Source: Chitinophaga pinensis
Lineage (GTDB): Bacteria > Bacteroidota > Bacteroidia > NS11-12g > UBA9320
Assembly (NCBI GenBank): GCA_945889315.1
Contig: CAMDBP010000006.1
Location: 246 to 64,245 of the forward strand
Reading direction: 5' to 3'
Length of the DNA stretch: 64,000 nt
Shown here: positions 49,457-58,029 of the stretch, piece after piece
Numbering within the stretch: position 1 is the first letter of the stretch
Layout of the letters: each line of letters begins with the position of its first letter
Translations under genes and position numbers: made by a program
The notes under the pieces: generated by a model
What the model was told of the DNA's origin: nothing
What the model saw: the letters and a program-made list of their open reading frames with translations, nothing else
The model's database searches: none

Positions 49457-49484
49457 GCATTTACTAATAAAAATTTTACAACTG

Positions 49485-49514
49485 AAAGGCTTACCGTATG
49501 GTAAGCCTTTTTTT
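49485..49514 (+). terminator. intrinsic terminator after csp
   Basis: An 11-bp perfect stem forms between AAAGGCTTACC and GGTAAGCCTTT around the 4-nt loop GTAT. A T-run follows. Confidence 0.85.
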
Positions 49515-49535
49515 GTAGTTAAATTTGTAACCGAA

Positions 49536-49781
49536 TTGAAACGCAACGAAGGCAACGAACAAGAACAACCAAACAACCCACTTCACGGAATGAAATTAAA
49601 AGAAGTTCTTGAATTTCTTATTTCGTACTATGGTTGGGAAGGATTAGGCGAACGTATCAAAATAAATTGTTTTACAATGAATCCTACCATGGGCAGTAGT
49701 CTTAAATTCTTACGCAGAACACCGTGGGCCCGCGAAAAAGTAGAGAAACTCTATAGCCAAACCATTCCTAAATTCAAATAA
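49536..49781 (+). CDS. VF530/DUF2132-family small putative DNA-binding protein
   Basis: The ORF has a TTG start. NPLHGMKLKEVLEFLISYYGWEGLGERIKINCF...LKFLRRTPWAREKVEKLY matches my memory of this family. Confidence 0.65.
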   Translation: MKRNEGNEQEQPNNPLHGMKLKEVLEFLISYYGWEGLGERIKINCFTMNPTMGSSLKFLRRTPWAREKVEKLYSQTIPKFK

Positions 49782-49860
49782 TGTCTACCGATTTAAGATA
49801 CCTCACATTACGTTTGTTACGTGGCTTAAATCGTTGTTTGGGTTTTAACCTACAATTCTG

Positions 49861-50334
49861 ATGAAAGCCGTAACCGTTACCACCATCAAAAAAGAACTCC
49901 AACATCTTGAAAAAGAGCAGTTGGTAGAATTGGCATTACGCATAACCAAGTATAAAATAGAAAATAAGGAACTCATGACCTACCTCCTATTTGAGGAACA
50001 TGATGAGGACCATTTTATAGAAGCCATCAAGGCAGAGATGGATGATCAATTTGAAGACATCAATACCACAAGTTACCATTTCATCAAAAAAAGTGTTCGC
50101 AAGATTTTACGAGGTGTAAAAAAACATGTGCGCTACTCCAAAAAACTCGAGACCGAAGCAGCACTAACCATACACTTTTGCCGTAAGCTGAAACAAATGG
50201 ATCCTTCTTACCGATACAACACCGTACTTACCAATATGTATGAAAGGCAACTAGGCTTAGCCGAAAAAATAATAGATAAGATGCACGAAGACTTGCAATA
50301 TGATTACAAGTTAGAAATCGAAGGTTTTTCCTGA
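49861..50334 (+). CDS. hypothetical protein
   Basis: The 157-aa ORF is helical and charged, with coding-like composition. I recognise no motif. Confidence 0.5.
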   Translation: MKAVTVTTIKKELQHLEKEQLVELALRITKYKIENKELMTYLLFEEHDEDHFIEAIKAEMDDQFEDINTTSYHFIKKSVRKILRGVKKHVRYSKKLETEAALTIHFCRKLKQMDPSYRYNTVLTNMYERQLGLAEKIIDKMHEDLQYDYKLEIEGFS

Positions 50335-50364
50335 TAAAACGTAATCACCAGCTAGTTTAGCTTC

Positions 50365-51813
50365 CTAATCTTTCTTGCTTAGCTGCGTAATTTTAATCTG
50401 AAAAGCCGCGAAGAGAAGAGTCATAAACGGACTCAGGTAATTAAAGACCGCATAACCTATATATTCACTTACACCCACACCAAGTACACCACTCTGGTAT
50501 GCGCCACATGTATTCCACGGAATAAGTGGAGAGGTTACGGTGCCACTATCTTCTAAGGTCCTACTCAAATTTTCAGGAGCAAGTCCTTTGTCTTTATAGG
50601 CTTTTTCAAACATTTTACCGGGCACCACAATCGCTAAATACTGATCACTTGCGGTAAGGTTAATCGCTAAACAACTCGCTACCGTACTCGCAAACAATCC
50701 AAAAACAGATGTTGCAAAACTCAACAAGGCCGAACTTATTCGGGCTAACGCGCCGATTGCTTCCATTATGCCTCCAAAAACCATAGCGCATATAATTAGC
50801 CAAACCGTGCCCATCATACCCGACATGCCTCCAGCTGAAAACAGATCGTTGAGCGAAGCATTACTTGTCTCAATAGCAACTCCTTGCGTAATGGATTGCA
50901 TAAGAAAGGCATACGTTGGAGCGATTTTATGCGTTGATGCAAAATCACTTAGGATAGTAGGCTGGGTAAGTACACATGCCATACAACCCAATAAGGTTCC
51001 TGCCAATAAGGCCACTACGGGGTTTACTTTTTTTACAATGAGCATTATAACCAGCAAAGGCACTGAGAAAAGCCACAGCGTAATATTAAATTTAGCTGAA
51101 ATAGCTGCCAGTAATTCATCTGTACCTTGTACCTCTCCCACTTCATGCGTTAAACTCAGTACAGCAAATACGACTAAGGTAATTATAAACGTAGGAACCG
51201 TAGTGTACGTCATATACTTAATATGGGTAAATAGTTTTGTGCCTGCCATCGCCGATGCAAGATTGGTGGTATCACTAAGAGGGCTCATTTTATCACCGAA
51301 ATAAGCACCACTTATTACCGCACCTGCCACCATACCCGCAGGCAAGCCAATCGCTTTTCCTATTGCAACTAGTGCTATACCTATAGTAGCACTAGTTGTC
51401 CAAGAACTGCCAGTAGCCATTGAAATAATAGAGGAAATAATTACCGCAGCAGGTAGAAATATAGCGGGGTTTATCAACTTAATGCCGTAAAAAATCATGG
51501 CTGGGATTACACCACTTATAAGCCACGCTGCAGAAAGTGAACCCACTAAAAGTAAAATAAGAATTGCTCCAGCTACTGATTTTAGATTACTCCCAACATT
51601 ATCTAGCATGGTATCTAAACTCACTTTATTAAAATACCCTACTAAAGCAGCCACAGCACCTCCCATAAGTAAGATAAATTGATTACTCCCACTTATGGCA
51701 TCGTCTCTAAAGACAAATACATTAAAAGCGAGCATGCTTACGAGTGCTATAATGGGGATTAACGCCTCCCAAATATTGAGTTCTTTATTACCTACTATTT
51801 TATGCTCTTCCAT
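50365..51813 (-). CDS. nhaC: Na+/H+ antiporter, NhaC family
   Basis: The 482-aa polytopic membrane protein has the NhaC-like layout. Segments include SGSNQFILLMGGAVAALVGY, GSSWTTSATIGIALV and MSPLSDTTNLA. Confidence 0.8.
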   Translation of the reverse strand: MEEHKIVGNKELNIWEALIPIIALVSMLAFNVFVFRDDAISGSNQFILLMGGAVAALVGYFNKVSLDTMLDNVGSNLKSVAGAILILLLVGSLSAAWLISGVIPAMIFYGIKLINPAIFLPAAVIISSIISMATGSSWTTSATIGIALVAIGKAIGLPAGMVAGAVISGAYFGDKMSPLSDTTNLASAMAGTKLFTHIKYMTYTTVPTFIITLVVFAVLSLTHEVGEVQGTDELLAAISAKFNITLWLFSVPLLVIMLIVKKVNPVVALLAGTLLGCMACVLTQPTILSDFASTHKIAPTYAFLMQSITQGVAIETSNASLNDLFSAGGMSGMMGTVWLIICAMVFGGIMEAIGALARISSALLSFATSVFGLFASTVASCLAINLTASDQYLAIVVPGKMFEKAYKDKGLAPENLSRTLEDSGTVTSPLIPWNTCGAYQSGVLGVGVSEYIGYAVFNYLSPFMTLLFAAFQIKITQLSKKD

Positions 51814-51928
51814 TGGTTTGCCAAATAAACAGAAAAAAAACTTAAACTAACCTAAGCCTCTCCGTTATCAGACGGATTACTTAGTGCCATGTCGTCCTAA
51901 ATCGTTCAAATCAGTACTTTCGCATGGT

Positions 51929-53050
51929 ATGATTCAAAATCTTATTATCGGTGCTGGTCCTGCAGGTCTGGCGATAGCGGGCGCACTGCGTCACGCTAAA
52001 AAAGACTTTTATTTGATTGAACAAAGTCATCATATCGCATCTAAATGGCATGCGCATTATGATAGACTCCACTTACATACTATCAAAGAGTACGCTCATT
52101 TACCCTTTATGCCATTTCCAGACGAATGTCCTACATATATTTCTAAGTCTGATTTGATAGCCTACTATGAGTCATATGCTGCTCAATGGGACATTAAACC
52201 TCATTACCATACGAAAGCAACTAAGATTAGTAAACACGACAATGAATGGCATGTGCACTGTGAAGACGAGCTACTCGTAGCCAAAAATGTAATTGTGGCT
52301 ACGGGCATAAACCGTATTCCTAATATTCCTCATTGGAAAGGTCAAGAACTCTTTACAGGGGAGATAATTCACGCAAGTCAGTACAAGAACGCCACACCCT
52401 ACCACCATAAAAGAGTACTGATTATCGGCATGGGGAATACCGGTGCGGAGATAGCTTTAGATCTAGCAGAACATAACGTAAACGTGGGTATTTCGATACG
52501 CAGTAAGCTGAGTATCGTACCCCGTGATTTGTTTGGTAGACCTATTCAGAAAACAGCTAAAATTCTAGACAAACTCCCATTTGATCTAGGCGCTCATATA
52601 GGAAACATAGTAAGAAGACTCTATTTCGGCAACCTGGCAAAATACAATGTACCGATACACCCTGAACCGCCAATAAAAATGCTTCGTGAAACAGGTAAAA
52701 CACCTACCATAGATTTAGGTACCGTTGCTCGAATTAAAGATGGGAGTATTCATATCCATGCAGATGTTTCTCATTTTGATAAAAACGGTGTTTATTTTAC
52801 CAATGGAGATTCCGCAGGTATAGATGCTGTCATTTTGGCAACTGGTTATCTAACTCAGCTAGACACCTTAATTGACGATAGTAAAAACTGTATTGACGTA
52901 AAAGGTGAGCCTATAACGAAATGTAATCCCGGCAATCAGCAGGGACTTTATTTTATTGGTTTTGATAACTACAAAACGGGCGGCATACTTGGCACGTTGC
53001 GAGATGACAGTGCAGAAATAACAAGAAGCATAGTTGCGACAAGCGAATAA
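51929..53050 (+). CDS. flavin-containing monooxygenase-like NAD(P)/FAD-dependent oxidoreductase
   Basis: From the ATG at 51929 the product starts MIQNLIIGAGPAGLAIAG (FAD motif). A second Rossmann motif, VLIIGMGNTGAEIALDL, and ATGY follow. The ORF track starts 45 nt upstream. Confidence 0.8.
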   Translation: MIQNLIIGAGPAGLAIAGALRHAKKDFYLIEQSHHIASKWHAHYDRLHLHTIKEYAHLPFMPFPDECPTYISKSDLIAYYESYAAQWDIKPHYHTKATKISKHDNEWHVHCEDELLVAKNVIVATGINRIPNIPHWKGQELFTGEIIHASQYKNATPYHHKRVLIIGMGNTGAEIALDLAEHNVNVGISIRSKLSIVPRDLFGRPIQKTAKILDKLPFDLGAHIGNIVRRLYFGNLAKYNVPIHPEPPIKMLRETGKTPTIDLGTVARIKDGSIHIHADVSHFDKNGVYFTNGDSAGIDAVILATGYLTQLDTLIDDSKNCIDVKGEPITKCNPGNQQGLYFIGFDNYKTGGILGTLRDDSAEITRSIVATSE

Positions 53051-53062
53051 ATCAATTGTAAA

Positions 53063-53881
53063 TTATTCATCAACCGGTATACTTTTATCAAAAGGAACTT
53101 TTAGTTGATAAGCTAAGTCTTCAGAACGAGAATTGTCTAAAACGTCCAGTCCATAACGTATATCACGAACATCTCCAATGACCAACGTACCAAAGATACG
53201 ATCCCAAATACTGAGGATATTCCCAAAGTTGGCGTCTGTCCAGGGTCGTTCATAGTGATGATGAAACTTATGCATTCGAGGAGTAACAATTAGGTAGCTT
53301 AATAGTTTATCCAACCTATTAGGAAGATCAAAATTTGCATGGGTCCAATAGGTAAAAAGAACCGTTATTATGCGGTAAACCAGATAAAAGGCAAAAGGTA
53401 ATCCCCCTATGACTACTGCGAGTAGTGAAAATAATTCTCTAAACACATAATCTCCTGGATGATGGCGTGTCCCAGAGGTCACGTCTAAGTGTGTATCGCT
53501 ATGATGCACCATGTGAAAACGCCAAAGAGGCCCAACTTTATGTAAAATGTAATGAACGCCAAATTGCGCCACAAAGTCAAGTAACATTATTCCCACGACC
53601 AGTTCCAACCACGTTGGCCAATCAACCCAATTTAAGAGCCCGAAAGAATGCGAACCAACCCACACAAAAACGCCAGCAGTTATAATTCCAAACAAAGCGT
53701 TAATTAAAATAGTAGTGCCCAATAACACTAGATTAACTCTAGCATGGCGCCACTTTTTATAGCCCAGAACTACCGCCGGGAATAAGCCTTCTATGAGCCA
53801 AAAAATAGTCATACAGATAAGCACCCAACTTATTTTTTGTAGATTGGTTAATGCCTCAAAGAAGGATAAAAATGTATTCAT
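53063..53881 (-). CDS. fatty acid hydroxylase / sterol desaturase family membrane protein
   Basis: It has histidine boxes HYILHK, HMVHHSD and HKFHHH, plus four or five TM helices. Confidence 0.8.
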   Translation of the reverse strand: MNTFLSFFEALTNLQKISWVLICMTIFWLIEGLFPAVVLGYKKWRHARVNLVLLGTTILINALFGIITAGVFVWVGSHSFGLLNWVDWPTWLELVVGIMLLDFVAQFGVHYILHKVGPLWRFHMVHHSDTHLDVTSGTRHHPGDYVFRELFSLLAVVIGGLPFAFYLVYRIITVLFTYWTHANFDLPNRLDKLLSYLIVTPRMHKFHHHYERPWTDANFGNILSIWDRIFGTLVIGDVRDIRYGLDVLDNSRSEDLAYQLKVPFDKSIPVDE

Positions 53882-53975
53882 ATTAAACTCGAATATACTG
53901 TATTTAGAACTTAATAGTATAATGTCTAGCTCGGTTTTAAATACATTATAGAAACCAAATTAACTTACATTCATC

Positions 53976-53994
53976 TGCCAAACTAGGTTTGGCA
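53976..53994. repeat. perfect 8-bp inverted repeat with 3-nt spacer in a divergent promoter region
   Basis: The sequence is TGCCAAAC-tag-GTTTGGCA, followed by ACCTTTTT. It lies 39 nt upstream of the 54033 ATG and 95 nt upstream of the divergent 53881 start. Confidence 0.6.
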
Positions 53995-54032
53995 ACCTTT
54001 TTGCGATTTTGTGCCACGTATAGTAAAACAAC

Positions 54033-54437
54033 ATGAACAAGATAATTAAGTTTTTAGTCCTGGGAGGAGTGATATTTTTATGCGGTAAGCATCTAGAGGG
54101 CATCACTATAACAGGTGGATATTGGTATGCGTTAACCGCTGCTATTGTACTTGCCATCGTCAATAGCTTTATTAGGCCGATACTCGCCGTTCTTACCTTC
54201 CCTATAACCGTGTTTTCTTTTGGGATATTTAGTTTTGTGCTAACCGCTCTTATGGTAATGGTTATGGATTACTTTTTAGATCACGTATACATAGCCTCAT
54301 TTTGGAATGCAATGTTATTAGGCCTTATCGTATCCTTTGCAGGTTCTGTCTTAGACAAATTTTTAAGTCGACCCAAACGAGTGTATAAGCCCGAAGCTGA
54401 TCCTGGTAAATATGCAGATTACGAAGAAGTAGACTAA
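54033..54437 (+). CDS. small 4-TM membrane protein, DUF360 / phage-holin-family-IV-like
   Basis: The 134-aa ORF has four hydrophobic helices and an acidic tail, an architecture typical of the family. The assignment is from memory. Confidence 0.6.
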   Translation: MNKIIKFLVLGGVIFLCGKHLEGITITGGYWYALTAAIVLAIVNSFIRPILAVLTFPITVFSFGIFSFVLTALMVMVMDYFLDHVYIASFWNAMLLGLIVSFAGSVLDKFLSRPKRVYKPEADPGKYADYEEVD

Positions 54438-54456
54438 AATTTCAACATTTAGCTAT

Positions 54457-54496
54457 AAAAAAAGCCCGTCACCCATAAAATGGGGACGGGCTTTTT
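54457..54496 (+). terminator. intrinsic terminator after the DUF360-like gene
   Basis: AAAAAAAGCCCGTCaCCC pairs with GGGGACGGGCTTTTT. The stem is GC-rich with one bulge, and is flanked by an A-run and a T-run. Confidence 0.8.
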
Positions 54497-54754
54497 AGTA
54501 TCTATTACTTATCTAATTACTTTGACAACGTAATGCCTAAATACTATTACCACATTTTTAGTAAAAATTCGTCATTACTACCTAACAAGTCAATAAATGC
54601 AAGACTGTACGCTCACTTCATTGTGCATAGTTTATTCTTTTTCACCAAAAAAGAACTCTATCATAATAACCCTGCGCCTGAGGAGATTAAAAATATAACC
54701 AAACGAATAATTAACAGTTTGTTTGTGGATCACCAAGAAACATCGACTGCCGGG

Positions 54755-54777
54755 AGCTAGAATTTTCTAGCTTTTTT
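54755..54777 (+). terminator. orphan intrinsic-terminator-like hairpin with no annotated upstream plus-strand gene
   Basis: AGCTAGAA pairs with TTCTAGCT (8 bp, tiny loop), followed by TTTTT on the plus strand only. Confidence 0.5.
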
Positions 54778-54794
54778 GTTCCTGTCTTTTTAGG

Positions 54795-55604
54795 CTAATC
54801 AAAGTAGAGGCCTAATGAGACCCTGATGCTTTGTAAATCGTATTGACGTCTTACCTCTACATTAGTCCATCCCGACCATTGCTGCCAGATTGCTTCATTG
54901 TAGATTTCACCATACGAAGTGTAATTATAGCCTAGTTTTAGATAGGTAGCTACGTGTGGTCTTTTCTTGGATATAATGCCTAAACTAGGATTGATGTATG
55001 CCCCGCCATTTTTTTCTGTTAATTGACTACTTGAATTATTGTCATGGGCAAAACTATATCCCACACCTACATCGTAAAAAGCAGATAGTCCGCCATCCCT
55101 AATATTACCGCGCAGACTCACTCCTACCGGTACCAAATCTGAGGTTAAGTTAAACATATAATCGTACCCCACACATGCAGCAAGACCAAGATGTCTATTT
55201 TGATTAAGATATTTCCCTACAGAAATCTTAAATCCAGGATTTAGTATGGCGCCCCATTCAGATTGACCACCACCAAGCCGCACATCAAAAGTGCCAAATA
55301 ACGTAGAATCTATAAAATCATAGTGCGGCTTAACCAATTGAATTGTCTCCATTTTATTTTGAACAACCGCAAAATCTATATACGCTATATCGTCCCAATC
55401 GAGTATGACACTATCTTTCCAAGTTGCCTTCAACACAACGTGCTTATCTTTACTCACGCTTACAAGCTCTCCTTTAAGCACCATACCTTTTTTCAGTCTC
55501 ACTTCGGCGTACTGTTGCCCAAAACTGCTTCCTGCAAGGAGAATCAAGACAAAAGTCAAGAAGTTGAGCTTTAATTTATTACAATGCATAGACAAAAATA
55601 ACAT
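54795..55604 (-). CDS. predicted outer-membrane beta-barrel protein (unknown family)
   Basis: The signal peptide is NFLTFVLILLAGSSFGQQ (alternative ATG at 55589). Alternating strands are visible (FDVRLGGG, GFKISVGKY, GLAACVGYDY, FYDVGVGYSF, TYLKLGYNY). The C-terminus is RVSLGLYFD. Confidence 0.5.
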   Translation of the reverse strand: MLFLSMHCNKLKLNFLTFVLILLAGSSFGQQYAEVRLKKGMVLKGELVSVSKDKHVVLKATWKDSVILDWDDIAYIDFAVVQNKMETIQLVKPHYDFIDSTLFGTFDVRLGGGQSEWGAILNPGFKISVGKYLNQNRHLGLAACVGYDYMFNLTSDLVPVGVSLRGNIRDGGLSAFYDVGVGYSFAHDNNSSSQLTEKNGGAYINPSLGIISKKRPHVATYLKLGYNYTSYGEIYNEAIWQQWSGWTNVEVRRQYDLQSIRVSLGLYFD

Positions 55605-55661
55605 TGATTATCCTGAATTAAAATGAAATATTTGTGCAAGTATTTTTTTTAAACGTAAAAC

Positions 55662-56906
55662 ATGAAATCAATTCGTTTCACTCCGGTATCGCTCGTATTA
55701 TTTTTTGCAGTGATTTTTTCTTTTTCTGGCTGCAGTAGAGATTGCACCGAATTCAGAACCTACATTAAGTACATTCCATTAGAAAAAACCATTACAGAGA
55801 TACGCAGTAGTTTTAAGGTAGAAGCCCCCAAAACCCTCGATAACCCAAAGAAAATTTATATTTATGAGAAGTATTTATTTATTGTGGATGAGTTTAAAGG
55901 CTTTCAAATCGTGGACAACAGTGATGTAAATAGCCCGACGCCATTGCATTTTATACACCTAGACGGATGTACGGATGTTTCGGTAAATAATGGCATTATC
56001 TACGCAAACCAGGGACCTGACATAGTGAGCTTATCCATAGACAATGCAGCAAACATTCAGCTTACAGGCAGAGTTCAAGATGTAATGAATACGGCACTTA
56101 AAATTGGTGCTAATTTCATATATGACTATGAAAAAGTAGAGGTAACCGAAGAAGTTCCGTGTGGTTCTAGTTCTATCAGGTCAGGTAGAAACGATTTCTT
56201 TACAGCCGAAAAGAACGATTTTTCTATTTCAAACACGGGTTCATCTGGAGGTAACAATTCGGGCACAGGAGGCTCTATGGCACGAATGAGCTTCGTTGAA
56301 GGGATTTTGTACCTGGTAGATAACACCTCGCTTACTACCATAGATGTAACGAACGGATTCAAAACATTGTACACCGGAAATATTGGATTTGAGATAGAAA
56401 CCATTTTTGGCTCTTCATCTCATCTGTTTATAGGAACATCCACTGGTATGTTAATTTACAACCGAAATAATGGTTACCAGCCAACGTATCTTAGCGGGAT
56501 TAGTCATGCCCGTGGCTGTGATCCTGTTGCTGTACAAGGAGATTATGCGTATGTAACGGTGAGAGGCAATGGAAATTGCGGAGAAGCAAATGATGAATTG
56601 CTCGTTGTGGACATTAGTACTATTAGTACTCCTAAACTACACAGTGCACATGCCATGAATTCTCCTTACGGGTTAGGGCTAAATAACGATGTGCTGTTTA
56701 TTTGTGACGGAACATCTGGCCTTCGTATTTTTGACAAACGTAATCTAGCAACGATAACACAAAACGAGTTAGCAACGGTTACGGGTATTGATGCTTACGA
56801 TGTTATCCCTTTGGAGACCACCTTTATCTTATCTACGAGTCAAGGGGTTTTTCAATACGACTATACAGACGTAACCAAACCAAGATTACTTAGCAAACTG
56901 TATTAG
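55662..56906 (+). CDS. lipoprotein, LVIVD-like repeat protein (fused form of the 16938/17500 pair)
   Basis: The lipobox is FSFSGCS. LVIVD-like segments include GFQIVDNSDVNSP and LLVVDISTISTP. The motifs GTGGSMARMS and CDPVAVQGDYAYV are also present. Confidence 0.7.
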   Translation: MKSIRFTPVSLVLFFAVIFSFSGCSRDCTEFRTYIKYIPLEKTITEIRSSFKVEAPKTLDNPKKIYIYEKYLFIVDEFKGFQIVDNSDVNSPTPLHFIHLDGCTDVSVNNGIIYANQGPDIVSLSIDNAANIQLTGRVQDVMNTALKIGANFIYDYEKVEVTEEVPCGSSSIRSGRNDFFTAEKNDFSISNTGSSGGNNSGTGGSMARMSFVEGILYLVDNTSLTTIDVTNGFKTLYTGNIGFEIETIFGSSSHLFIGTSTGMLIYNRNNGYQPTYLSGISHARGCDPVAVQGDYAYVTVRGNGNCGEANDELLVVDISTISTPKLHSAHAMNSPYGLGLNNDVLFICDGTSGLRIFDKRNLATITQNELATVTGIDAYDVIPLETTFILSTSQGVFQYDYTDVTKPRLLSKLY

Positions 56907-57916
56907 TTAGAGGATGTAAGTGGCTTTAGATGGAGCTTAGTTTCTGCAAAAAGGAAACTCGCTTCTTTAACTGCGTCAATATCTGTGCTGAATAAGCTGC
57001 TTGCCATAGCGTGAGCCCCTACCCCCTCAAATTGCTTAATTTCTTTGATGGGACTTCCTAATTTTTTGTACATTTCTTGTATCGCTACTACAGAAACTAC
57101 GTCGTCTTGTTGCAACTCATTTTTATAATAGTACCCCACAAACGTAGGGACGGTAATTTGCGCAAATGTAGCTTCTACCATGGTCGCTTCTAATAACTTT
57201 TGCATTTCTACAATTGCCTCAAGTCTGTATTTGGTATGCCAGTATTTTTCTGCCCCTTTGGGCGCTTCCCAAACATTGTACTTATCTCCTTTTATGAGTC
57301 TGGCGATCTGTAATCCCCAAGGTCCAGAAACAATGAAGGCGCGTTTATCAAAAACCCTAATGTTAGGAGAATAATTAAGTAAGGCATGAATTTTATTGGT
57401 AGAATCAGAGGCTAAGTATAGTGCAGATGTACAGCCGGTGCTGGTAGACATAACGATTACTTTCTTACCCATGGTTTGTGCCACTGCTAATGCTTTTTGA
57501 GCACTTAGCGTCCATGACTCAGCGGTATAATTGAGCATAGGCTCTTCTTCTATTAACCCGTGTTCTGCAAGTAATGGCGCATACAAATTCATGCCATATC
57601 GCTTCGCAAAATCCTTACTTACAGGACGCCCTTCTGCAGGGGAAGCAGAAAATCCATGTAAATATAGCAACACAAATTCAGTCGTTTTTCCTGCAGAATC
57701 TGCCCAATAAAATTCACTTTCGTTTCCTGGTCGTATTTCCTTTTGGCTTTCAAGCTCTTTTACCCACGATTCAACATTAGCATGTTTTGCAACTTCACTC
57801 TGCACATCCAAAGGAATTGCAGGATTACTTTTAAATGGTGAAGGCTTTGGGACTAATAAAAATAAAAGTGTCAATACACCAATAAAGCCGACTATGCCGA
57901 GTATAATTTTTTTCAT
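56903..57916 (-). CDS. alpha/beta hydrolase (membrane-anchored or secreted)
   Basis: The 337-aa ORF has an N-terminal hydrophobic anchor and LLYLHGFSASP. The nucleophile-elbow-like segment VIVMSTSTGCTSA carries SxSxG. Confidence 0.7.
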   Translation of the reverse strand: MKKIILGIVGFIGVLTLLFLLVPKPSPFKSNPAIPLDVQSEVAKHANVESWVKELESQKEIRPGNESEFYWADSAGKTTEFVLLYLHGFSASPAEGRPVSKDFAKRYGMNLYAPLLAEHGLIEEEPMLNYTAESWTLSAQKALAVAQTMGKKVIVMSTSTGCTSALYLASDSTNKIHALLNYSPNIRVFDKRAFIVSGPWGLQIARLIKGDKYNVWEAPKGAEKYWHTKYRLEAIVEMQKLLEATMVEATFAQITVPTFVGYYYKNELQQDDVVSVVAIQEMYKKLGSPIKEIKQFEGVGAHAMASSLFSTDIDAVKEASFLFAETKLHLKPLTSSN

Positions 57917-58029
57917 GATTATAATTCACAAAATTAAGCATCGTCTTTAATCCAAGCTACCTTTTATGAAAGACTATGAAATTAACAAGGGATTTTATTA
58001 TTTTCGGCATCTCTTAACCGTAAGCGTAT

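Noticed and set aside
50768-51304. A 178-aa plus-strand ORF.
   Set aside because: It is antisense to the NhaC-family antiporter. Long antisense ORFs are common opposite hydrophobic membrane proteins.
54533-54760. A 75-aa ORF in the large intergenic gap.
   Set aside because: Its composition is implausible, I recognise no motif, and its stop lies inside a terminator hairpin. I kept it only as a possibility under the orphan-terminator finding and do not call it a CDS.
57917-58029. A possible riboswitch (for example cobalamin) upstream of the TonB-dependent receptor. I considered the same for the leaders of purF and pyrE.
   Set aside because: The leaders are short and AT-rich. I could not find conserved riboswitch cores such as a B12 box.
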